Shown in pieces: positions 23,201 to 31,242 of a stretch of DNA of 32,000 nucleotides (position 1 is the stretch's first letter; each line of letters starts with the position of its first letter). The stretch spans positions 540,001-572,000 of the forward strand of contig OY970170.1 of NCBI GenBank assembly GCA_963706795.1, given 5' to 3'. Made by a program: the position numbers and the translations under genes. This DNA comes from Candidatus Saccharimonadota bacterium (GTDB lineage Bacteria > Patescibacteriota > Gracilibacteria > BD1-5 > UBA2023). Under the pieces are notes generated by a model. It was not told where the DNA came from and did not search any database. It saw nothing but the letters and a program-made list of their open reading frames with translations.

Positions 23201-23701
23201 AACAGCATGCTCCTCCAGGATGTTAAGGTTGTCCTCGCGTCAACTATGGCATCTCCAGCATCTAAGACAGTAGGATCTACAAACCAAGATATTGGTGCGT
23301 ATACACTTACTGCTGACGGTGTTCGTGATATCACTGTAACATCTCTCAAGGTGAAGCTCTCTGGTAGCGCGTTCTCTGGTTCTGCTGTTTCTAACGTACG
23401 TCTCCGATACAACAATACTGACTACGTTGGTACACTCTCTGGTTCTGTTGTAACATTCTCAACTCCGATCAATGTTACTTCAGGAAGCGCTATTAGTTTC
23501 ACAGTTCGTGCTGATACATCTGCTATTTCTGCAGGTGCTAACTCAACACTTACTCTCGGAACTTCTATCGAAGGTGTTTCTGGAATTGTAGATCCTACAA
23601 ACTCAGTTACATACAGCTATACAGACGTAAATGGTAACCCATTCACTGGCGTTACAACTTCTGACAGCTATCCAGTTGCAGGTGCAGTTCTTAGCTACTA
23701 A
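20201..23701 (+). CDS. S-layer-type surface protein: signal peptide, three SLH domains, Thr/Pro linker, six tandem ~155-aa beta-rich modules (1166 aa)
   Basis: Single uninterrupted ORF. The signal peptide is MSTLLKKVTSTVSVLSIAVAAVSSTLTVSA|ASE. SLH motifs are YSDVTSKLGDLCGFIEAAADAGIVSKANAKFRPSDLVTRAEMVKML, FSDVSASLGDLAGYINAGVEEGCVKAGATFRPNATSTRGEAF and a degenerate first copy. The body is Thr/Ser/Gly/Val-rich. A strong intrinsic terminator follows. Codon bias is strongly T-ending and there is no TGA codon. Confidence 0.8.
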   Translation: MSTLLKKVTSTVSVLSIAVAAVSSTLTVSAASEFAASAELVAQAGIINTQATEAGYRLGDNITRAEMAKIAVKLSGSEAGSCAGNVYSDVTSKLGDLCGFIEAAADAGIVSKANAKFRPSDLVTRAEMVKMLLAASGVAPTDVSAGFSDVSASLGDLAGYINAGVEEGCVKAGATFRPNATSTRGEAFKVTACVAGLTDTTPTTPPTTGTGTTTPPTTGTGTTVPPVVIATGDLTATLNPATPAATTLPTGSAYNKVLAVDLTAGSADAAVTGFEVTRTGLISNTNISGVSAWVDGARLGNVVQSLSADGKATVSFGNTPLTIKAGTTKTITFAVNIRSGNYSGTVGLTLSKVIAGGTVTGTPVTSNTHSVVDGSSSLVSYDVGSIAVGGVATSIGASAPVSPTLLDIGQTTEVAKVKITHNNSKEDLSIEGMNIFIDGSVSDSDLSGFEVWSQEGTKLASADVASGRYVNFKFATPYVIAQGGTRYMTIKATVATGKYNSGRNFSVRIRDDFDIVARGVTTGTYILPNNPNTLLGNQYWFGINAGNLTISKATDSRSQNIGANADDLVLATFDVKASGEDIEVQKVNFCVTKASGAVDLRGTIKITAGGQTVFSTDASNVNNYGTVPCTGGNTGYLSSYVTIKAGTTAKFNVIASTSSSAVAASSYVASIFNFSYKLTSSNTITNSTSVYTGNTLAVEATTLTVSANGAFNPSNIVKGQSQAKIGSFNIQASNADDVNVNTVIVNVAATGGLTGINNLTLKSGAKQLGNVISNPAATGNSFSVNSGDLKVAKNSTVTIDVYADITSAVTATAISVNIGTNGVTGVGATNSVSLSAPVSSVGAVALTVVGNGSLTIASDSLTPGKQILTAGLTNKEVFRFQVKADNKEDLRLDKITLGSYSTGTTVTDLGKNFLNVKIYDGATQLGGSVTFVGGAAKFTGLGYVVPKGANKTLSVRVDTATSGVLENAATVLLTPTQVEYTGVAGGQLSALAAPSGVAISNSMLLQDVKVVLASTMASPASKTVGSTNQDIGAYTLTADGVRDITVTSLKVKLSGSAFSGSAVSNVRLRYNNTDYVGTLSGSVVTFSTPINVTSGSAISFTVRADTSAISAGANSTLTLGTSIEGVSGIVDPTNSVTYSYTDVNGNPFTGVTTSDSYPVAGAVLSY
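20810..20869 (+). repeat. 2 x 30-nt tandem repeat encoding the TPPTTGTGTT linker
   Basis: Positions 20810-20839 and 20840-20869 both encode TPPTTGTGTT, with a few synonymous differences. The repeat lies between the SLH region and the modular body. Confidence 0.8.
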
Positions 23702-23732
23702 TTCTTAGTAGTCGAGTCTCAGCTCAGCTAAC

Positions 23733-23768
23733 AAAAAATCCCCTCCTGCAAAGGAGGGGATTTTTTTT
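23733..23768 (+). terminator. rho-independent terminator of the S-layer gene
   Basis: The stem ATCCCCTCC (23738-23746) pairs with GGAGGGGAT (23753-23761) around the loop TGCAAA. It is followed by T8 (23761-23768) and preceded by an A6 tract. It lies 32 nt after the stop codon. Confidence 0.88.
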
Positions 23769-23903
23769 GTTGGTTTTTTTCTGATCTTTTTCCGTCTTTT
23801 TCGTTCAAATGAGAAGTAAACTGGTTTAGTTATTTTTTAATATTTTGAAATACAGTAATCAGTTATTTTTGAATTTTCTATTCGTTTTTTTAAATATATA
23901 TTT

Positions 23904-25313
23904 ATGTCTTTGTCTTCTAAGTTGTCTATCGTTTCTCTAAAACGAATCCTCTTTTGTCTGAGTCTTCTAATCGGTATTTCTATCAGTGATCAGATCGCAC
24001 TTGCGGCCCCACTTTGTCCGGACGATTACATCTCTATACGACCAACCCCACCTACTGACTCTTGATACTATGCTATATTTAATGATGTACCTTGAAATGC
24101 AACGTCACTTGTATGAATCTACGAAGGAGATAGTAAGGCAAAGGATATTGCATACTTTAATAAACTGAGCTGAGTAGTTTGTTATAAAATTATAGATCGC
24201 ATTAATTTTCAGGGGCTTGGATATAGTTGGAATGGCACCGTATGGACATATGTACGCGCTGAGTGATCGACGGGTGGAGCTAAATACGATTTTAAGAACT
24301 CAAGCCTTGTTGCGCCTGTCGTCAAAACCATGACCTGATCCAACTTTATTTTGCCAACCAATTCAGGTTCAATTAGCCTTACGCTATCTGGGATTACAGA
24401 TCCTGACGAATGACAGACACTTAGTTATAAATACCAATGGAACTGAACTGGGGGTGCGTGGATAAATTCTGGACTCACTAGTACAACGCCTAAATTAAAT
24501 TGAGTCGAAACCATATCAGTCTTTGGCGGATATCCAAATTTGCCCGAGGGTAGCAACACTCTGTATGTTCAAATTAGTGATTCTGAGCAGTACTCAAATA
24601 TATACTCAGTATTCTTTATAAAAGCTGTTAACAATCCGTTGATGACAGTTGTAAATCCAGATGCTAATTATGCAACATCCAAAACTGTAACGCTAACAGG
24701 AACATATCTAAATAATTTTACGCTGAGTTATAATATTAGTACATCGTCTATTTGTGATAAGAGTGGTGTTTTTACGCCGTATGCACCAGTTGTAATTAAA
24801 TCTACTTCAGATAATGGAAAATATGTTTGTTTTCGTGCAATGGATAGCTTCTGAAATGCTTTATATACAGTCTCAGATAAGGTCACATGAATAGTTACTG
24901 GTCGTGATAGCACCTCAAAGACTTCACCAGTTAAAAATTCTGACCTCTTTGCAAATTACTCTGAATGGTACAAAGGTTCGCTGCGGGATTATGACCCAAT
25001 TTTCATCCTTGTTAAGTCACAAGTCTCACAGTCAACTAATCTATCCTATACATGAAGTACTTTTAGTTATCCAAACCTTATTACCGATATAAATGGAGAT
25101 GGTCTTCCTGATCTCATAGTAACTAATTTCTCTATACGCCCAGAACCATACATGGTTAATGGGCAACAATTTATAGATTATAGTTATACAAACTCATACG
25201 GTTTGTTGCTTAACAGGGGAAATATGGATTATGAAGTAACATACAGATGTGTTCGCTACCAATCAAGCATTTATACGGGGAACAATGGCTACTACGGTGA
25301 CTGTGCTCAATAA
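23904..25313 (+). CDS. secreted Ig-like repeat / FG-GAP (VCBS)-motif protein, 469 aa
   Basis: ATG at 23904. The frame was checked codon by codon and contains 12 in-frame TGA and no TAA/TAG until 25311. The signal peptide is MSLSSKLSIVSLKRILFCLSLLIGISISDQIALA|AP. Two Ig/PKD-like segments are present (ITDPDEGQTLSYKYQWNG and KYVCFRAMDSFGNALYTVSDKV). One FG-GAP/VCBS-type motif is present (ITDINGDGLPDLIVTNF). Confidence 0.65.
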
Positions 25314-25355
25314 AAGAGCATGTCTTGACCTTATACCCAGTTACCATTTACCGTC

Positions 25356-28300
25356 ATGAAGAGTTTATTTTCTGTCATACTCCTATGACTCTTTTATGCT
25401 GCCTGTACGCCGCTTTGAGTAAGTGCAGATACTCAGGGTGGTGCGGGTTCGCAAGCTGCGCAAACGAAGCAATGAATTGATAAAAACAGTTCGTCATTTC
25501 AAAATGACCTCTTTTCGGGGGTTGCCGCATATTCCTATGATTTTGTCTTTCCGGCGGGACAACGAGGGCTCACTCCAAAGCTTGGGGTGAGCTATAACTC
25601 AGCAACGACTGATTCGCTCGCAGATGCTGGATACGGATTTTCGCTCGGAGTTTCGTCTATTTTCCGAGCTACACGCAAGGGGAATGACAAACTCTATACG
25701 CTCAATGAATTCGCTATAAACGCGGATTTTGGAAGCAACGAACTGCTTGAAACTGGTTCAGGAGTCTATATGGGTAAAAACAACAATGATCTTACTCAAT
25801 ATGGCTTCGCAGATGAAGCATGGACTGTTCGCGACAATCAGTGAAATACATATGTATTTTGAGGAAGCGATGTCTACCGACAAATCAATCCAGACAACAG
25901 CAAGACTTTTCGCTGGCTACTACGGGAGAAGCGGGATGCTTTTGGGCACAAAATCGCCTACGAATACGACAAAAAGGATAACAATATCTATCTTTCAAAG
26001 ATCTCATACGGCTTTTTCGGAGCTAATCCGCTCTATACGATACAAATCAACTACCTCGAGCGTACATTTTCGGCGCTGAGTTATATCTATGGCTTCAAGC
26101 TCGAAAATCATAGGCTTGTAAGTTCGATCGTTGGTAGTGTGTGTGATACGCAACCATGTCGAGAAATCAAACGATATGCGCTCAATTACAGCGACATCGA
26201 AACTGCCTTCCCAAAGCTTGTGACTATCTCTGAGAGTGCGGGAAGTCTTTCAAAGCCAGATAATTCCTTTGAATATTACAAAGACGGTATTGGGGTGAAT
26301 CTTCTGAAGACCATTCATAATGGGCGAGGAGGCGATATTGGACTCGAGTACAAATCTTCTACTGCGTACAAAAATACGACTGTACCGTTTGTCATTAAAA
26401 CACTCTATAAGGTCAGCTTTATAGATAGCGTAACAGGACTAAAAAACACAAAAACCTATGACTATATTGGTGGAAATTTTTACTTTGATCCCACCAATAT
26501 CTTTCAACGTGGCTACACGGGATTTAGCAAGGTGCGCATTATCTCGGACAACGGCACCTACACAGAGGATTCATTCCATCAATCGGAATCGGATTCCAAT
26601 AATGTACAAAATGCGACCCTCGGTGAGTTTGATGATCACATCAGCAAAAAAGGGAAAATCTACCGAGAAGAAAATTTTGATGCAAGTGGAAGCGTATACA
26701 CTTCACGTATTACTAAGTGGGTCAAAAGTGCCCGTGGAAACGGTGCATTCTTCGTATATCCAGAACAAAAGACGAACATCCTCTGGAATGGTAGTGGATC
26801 TCATCTAGATAGCGCGGAGAGCTTTGTATATGATAGGCTTGCTAATACGACGCACCATACATCGTATGGGCTCGTCACTGCAAATACGAGCAATGGAAGC
26901 TTCACGGATATTCCTGGTGATACTATCAACGAGGATGTGAGCTATGCTACGGACGATACAAATATTTTTGTTTCGCTTCCGTGCAGGTCATATAGCACAG
27001 ATATCAATTGAAAGGTCTATAACGACATTCGTTATACCTACGATACACTGGCAAATTGTCGTGTTACATCAGGGCTTCTCTCAAAAAAAGAGCAATCTTT
27101 TGCTGAAGAATCGCGCTTGATCGGTGAATCATACACCTACAACACAGGCTGACTCATGAGCCAAAAAACCGATCCACTCGGCAACACTACAAAATATGAG
27201 TACGACGCATACTGACTCTTTCCGATTACGGTCACCAATGCCAAGGGCTTTATTAATAGATTAAGCTACGACTATGGTATCCAGGCGCCCGTACTCTCGA
27301 CGGATCCAAATGGCGTAAAAAGCAAATCCGTCTATGACGCATTTGGACGCATGCTCGAACAGAGACTCATTGATACAAATGGTGCCGAGGTGCTGCTGAG
27401 TAAAAATCGTATCAGTGATGCTACGTCACCAAATTATGTTGAACAAACCCTTATCTTTGATGGCACGTCCTCAAAAGTAAGCCGAAGCCACTTCGATGGA
27501 TTTGGTAAGCAGATCGAAACAAAAACTTCCTCAAAGGATTCGAATGTCTTCTCGACAGCAAAGCAACGCTATGACACAGAATGAAATACCGTCTTTGCGA
27601 CACATGAGAGATTTGAGCCATCGCTCGACTATACTCCGATCGATGCGAGTGAACTTGGTAATACATTTACCTTTGACGCGCTCAATCGACTCTCGAGTCA
27701 GATCAACAAAGATGGGAAAACATCGTTTTCGTATGCCCTCCTTAAGACAACCGCCACCAACCAAAATAATATTCCAAAGTCATTTACCAAGGATATATTT
27801 GGCAATCTTGTCCAAGTTGACGAAGTTGCCTCGGGTAACACTTTTGTTACAAAATATGAATACCTCCAAGGCAACAAACTTGCCCGCATGACGGATGCAA
27901 AAAATAATACCCGAAGTCTGAGCTATGACAGTCTCGGTCGACTTACAAAAATGGAGGATTTACATGCCCAGAGCAATCTTACGCCTAAGTCGGTAACGCT
28001 CACCTATAATGATAATTCCCAGATCGCATCAAGAACATGACTCTCTGGTGAAAAAATCAGTTATACCTACGACTCTCTCGGGCGAGCCACCCAAGAAAAT
28101 GTCGCAGGGAAGATTGTGATATATGAGTATGATACAGGCTCGTATGGTCTCTGACGACTGAGCAAATTCACCAAAGATGGCTACGCAGAAAGCTATGCCT
28201 ACGATGCATTTGGGAGAAAGTCACAGGAGCAAAAAATATATTCTGACAAGACATACTCTCTCGGATATACCTATGCTACTGATGGCAGCGTACTGACCAT

Positions 28301-30140
28301 AACATATGACGATGGCAGCAAGGTAAATTACAGCTACCAAAACGGATATCTAGGTGCGATGAACTATGCTGGAAAGCCGATCCTGAATAATATCATCTAC
28401 GCAGATAACAATACCGCAAAACGCTACGAATATGCCAATGGTGTAACCACCGAAGATACACTCGACTACACCCATGGATACCGAATCATAGCTCGCAAGG
28501 CAACGTCAGGAAGTGGTATGCTTCAAAATCTGAGCTATGGCTTTGATACGCTCGGAAATATCACAGATATCAATGATGCTGCGGATACCATTCTCAAGAA
28601 GCAGAGTCATTTTGTCTATGACGACATTGGACGACTCGTAAATGCAAGCTTCACCAACACGGGTGGAACAAATGCCTATAGTTACGCATATGACGCGATA
28701 GGGAATATTACGAGCCAATCTGGCGTTGGGAACTATCTCTATGATGGCATCTATCCACATGCAGTAACTGCTGTAGGTGGTTCGCCACTTGCGTATGACA
28801 ACAATGGAAATGTCTCTCGCGAAGGATCAGGAATGCTCGTGAAAACATATGTATATAGTCCAAAACAAGAGCTCTTAAGCTCTCATAGTCCATCAAGCGA
28901 TGCTCAGTATCTCTACGATGCCTCTGCTGTACGAGTGCGAAAAGATAGTGTATCTGCTAATTCACAGTCGAGCACGAACTATGTTGGAGATGTCTACGAA
29001 GAACAAACTACCAAGCTCCTCAACGCGAGCGGGGCAGTTACGAGCACAAAAATTCTCCGTACCAAATATCTCTTTGCTGGTGGTATCAAGATCGCGAGTG
29101 TTCTCACGACTGATGGCGGACCAGAAAATATCACGTACCACCTCAGTGACCACCTTGGAGGTGCGAGCATAGATATTTCGCAGAGTTGAGCAGTTCTGCA
29201 ATATGCGGATTATCTGCCATATGGTGCTAATCGTATCCTCTCTCGTACTGGTAACTACAAAAATGCCTATCTCTTCACAGGCAAGGAAAAAGATGACGAG
29301 AGCGATCTTCAGTATTTTGAAGCGCGCTACTACTCTCCAACAAATGGACGATTCTATTCGCAGGACCGAGTTTTTTGGGAGATTGGACAAACTAAACGAG
29401 GACTTGGTACCTTGTCTGATCCACAGAAACTCAATGCATATTCTTATGCACGAAATAATCCGATTGTGTATAGTGATCCTACGGGAGAATACGATACGTC
29501 TGATTTTCAGCAAGCACTTAACGTGTGATGGGCTAATCTAAAAGATGGTGCTACACAGGTAACAAATCAAGTACAGCAAAAGGCAGATCAGGCAGCAACA
29601 ATGGCTGTTGATGTTTTGCATACAGTTGCAAGTATGATGCCAGATTCCCGACAAGTATGACAGTGACTCGTGTCAGCTGGAGGTGCAGTAGCAGCCTATA
29701 CAGGTCCAGCCTGTGCAGCTTCCGTGCAGATTAGTGGTGGTTGTGCGCTCGTTTGACTCGCTTGATGATGAATTCCTACTCTGGCTTGTACGCCACTCGC
29801 AGCGTCTGCTGGTGGTATATGTGGAGCTACTGCTGCTGGTATATGAGTTGCTGGTGTGGGTAACTATATGATGAGTCAGGGTGGAGGTAGTAATAACCAA
29901 AATCCTTCAAAATCTTCAGGAAAACCTCAGTATAAAGATACAAAGTCTTGATTAAGTTGAAAAGAAGGTGCAAAAGACACTCCAAGTTGGGCGAAATGAG
30001 AAAGACCATATGTTTGAGAATCATGAAAAGACTATGCAAAAAGATTGCTTGATTGAAAATTTGGACCATGAAACTACAGAACTTGACCAGAAAGTGATTT
30101 TAGTAAGATTAAAAAATATGGGGATCGTAACTTTAAATAA
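25356..30140 (+). CDS. SpvB-N / RHS (YD-repeat) polymorphic toxin, TcB-TcC-like, with signal peptide and variable C-terminal toxin tip (1594 aa)
   Basis: One frame was verified from 25356 to TAA 30138-30140 with 28 in-frame TGA. An alternative upstream ATG exists at 25320. The signal peptide is MKSLFSVILLGLFYAACTPLGVSA|D, and it contains a lipobox-like YAAC. An SpvB/TcaC N-terminal signature is present (GVAAYSYDFVFPAGQRGLTPKLGVSYNS ... FRWLLREKRDAFGHKIAYEYD). There are many YD repeats (YTYDSLGR, YAYDAFGR, FVYDDIGRL, YAYDAIGNIT, LAYDNNGNV). The Rhs core end reads ARYYSPTNGRFYSQD ... NAYSYARNNPIVYSDPTGE at 29475-29489, followed by a 216-aa tip. Confidence 0.9.
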
Positions 30141-30141
30141 T

Positions 30142-30552
30142 ATGAAAGTCATTTTTCTGCTCAAACACACTAATTATACAAATTTTGATGGCAAAAATAT
30201 AGGCTATTTCTCGTCTTACGAAAAAGCTCGGTCTGCGTGTTTGACTGTATCACATCAATTAGGCTTTCGAGATTATCCAAATGACTTTGAGATCATTTGT
30301 GTACCACTTTATCATCAAAAAGATCAACTACCTAAGCATGCATATGAACTGGTTAAATCAACAGAATTGGATGATGTAGAAAAAACGTATTATCTTGGAA
30401 TATTTTGAAAACGTGTAGATGCTGAGCGACACAAAAAAGGGATTTTAAAAGAGAAAAAATCCCAACTTGGTGTATATCGCATAGAAATTGATCGAATCTA
30501 CTGGGAGGAAGGATTTATCAGTGTGGAAGAAGCATCGAGTGAGTTTTTGTAA
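30142..30552 (+). CDS. putative cognate immunity protein, 136 aa
   Basis: The ATG lies 1 nt after the toxin stop. Translation begins MKVIFLLKHTNYTNFDGKNIGYFSSYEKARSACLTVSHQLGFRDYPNDFEIICVPLY. It has one in-frame TGA (30406-30408) and stops at TAA 30550-30552. The role is inferred from its position directly after an Rhs toxin tip; I recognised no family. Confidence 0.55.
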
Positions 30553-30566
30553 GGATATTACGTTTA

Positions 30567-30863
30567 ATGGCATTTATGAAAATTTCTCTAAATAGTAGAA
30601 TTCTTTGCTGTAGTGTACTCTTGATAATCGGCCATTTTTTCCTCTATGACCAACTGACAGTATTAACCGATACTCAAATGCGAGAAGTCGCTGATATGAA
30701 TGTAATAAACAACTGAGGCAGTATAAGGCCTCAGTTGTTAGAAGTAGAAGAATGAATCTCCGGCAGCAAAATTTTCACTTATATCATCTCGTATCACAGA
30801 TATACAAGACAGACTATCGAAGTCGATAGAAAGTGATACTGTGACACATCGGCCATTTACTAG
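30567..30863 (+). CDS. small hypothetical protein with N-terminal hydrophobic anchor, 98 aa
   Basis: Translation begins MAFMKISLNSRILCCSVLLIIGHFFLY. It has three in-frame TGA and stops at TAG 30861-30863. It contains a perfect 12-bp inverted repeat, which lowers confidence that it is coding. Confidence 0.35.
30708..30739. repeat. perfect 12-bp inverted repeat (hairpin, 8-nt loop)
   Basis: AACAACTGAGGC (30708-30719) is the exact reverse complement of GCCTCAGTTGTT (30728-30739). No U-run follows. Confidence 0.75.
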
Positions 30864-30870
30864 ATACTGC

Positions 30871-31227
30871 ATGAAAACCTATTTTTCTGATATTAAAGGT
30901 GTCCTCAAGATTTATCTAATAGAGCGATTTGTTTACGCTCTCTGGCTTATGTTTGTTCCTGGCCCAGGATCTATGACGCGATTACCATACTTTTCATTTC
31001 TCGAATCATTTTTTTGATATAACTACTCTCCAATAATCGCTCTCATCTCAAGCATAATCGTTATTCCCACTTTATTTTGGTTATACGAAAAGTTTCTAAA
31101 GAAAACCATTGCATTGTCGTATAGAACCTTATATATCTTAATTGGATACATAGCTTTCCTTCATCTATTTTTATACCTACATAGGGCATTTTTTGGATGC
31201 ATATCGTATTGTCTAGCCTTCCATTAA
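30871..31227 (+). CDS. small hydrophobic membrane protein, 118 aa (possible immunity protein)
   Basis: ATG at 30871, 7 nt after the previous stop. Hydrophobic segments are FVYALWLMFVPGP, IIALISSIIVIPTLFWL and LYILIGYIAFLHLFLYL. It has one in-frame TGA and stops at TAA 31225-31227. Confidence 0.45.
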
Positions 31228-31242
31228 AAATCCTCAACAACT

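Noticed and set aside
20458-23415. Antisense and off-frame ORFs inside the S-layer gene (20458-20916, 22270-22881 and 23026-23415 on the minus strand, plus several short plus-strand ones).
   Set aside because: They are by-products of the extreme codon bias and low stop-codon content of a Thr/Ser/Gly/Val-rich gene. The sense frame is a single 1166-codon ORF with a signal peptide, SLH motifs and a terminator.
25320-25355. An upstream ATG at 25320 as the RHS toxin start.
   Set aside because: It adds 12 residues (MSGPYTQLPFTV) ahead of a canonical signal peptide that begins at M-K-S (25356). The downstream start is preferred, but the upstream one cannot be excluded without homologues.
28962-29513. 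183-aa minus-strand ORF inside the RHS gene, plus other off-frame ORFs at 25729-26079, 26458-26808, 27496-27891 and 28900-29541.
   Set aside because: The frame-0 reading carries continuous YD repeats and the Rhs core motif. The alternatives have no motifs and overlap it completely.
29968-30408. 146-aa track ORF spanning the toxin end and the next gene.
   Set aside because: It is a chimera. Its first 58 codons are an out-of-frame reading of the toxin tail. The real gene in that frame starts at ATG 30142, 1 nt after the toxin TAA, and continues through TGA 30406 to 30552.
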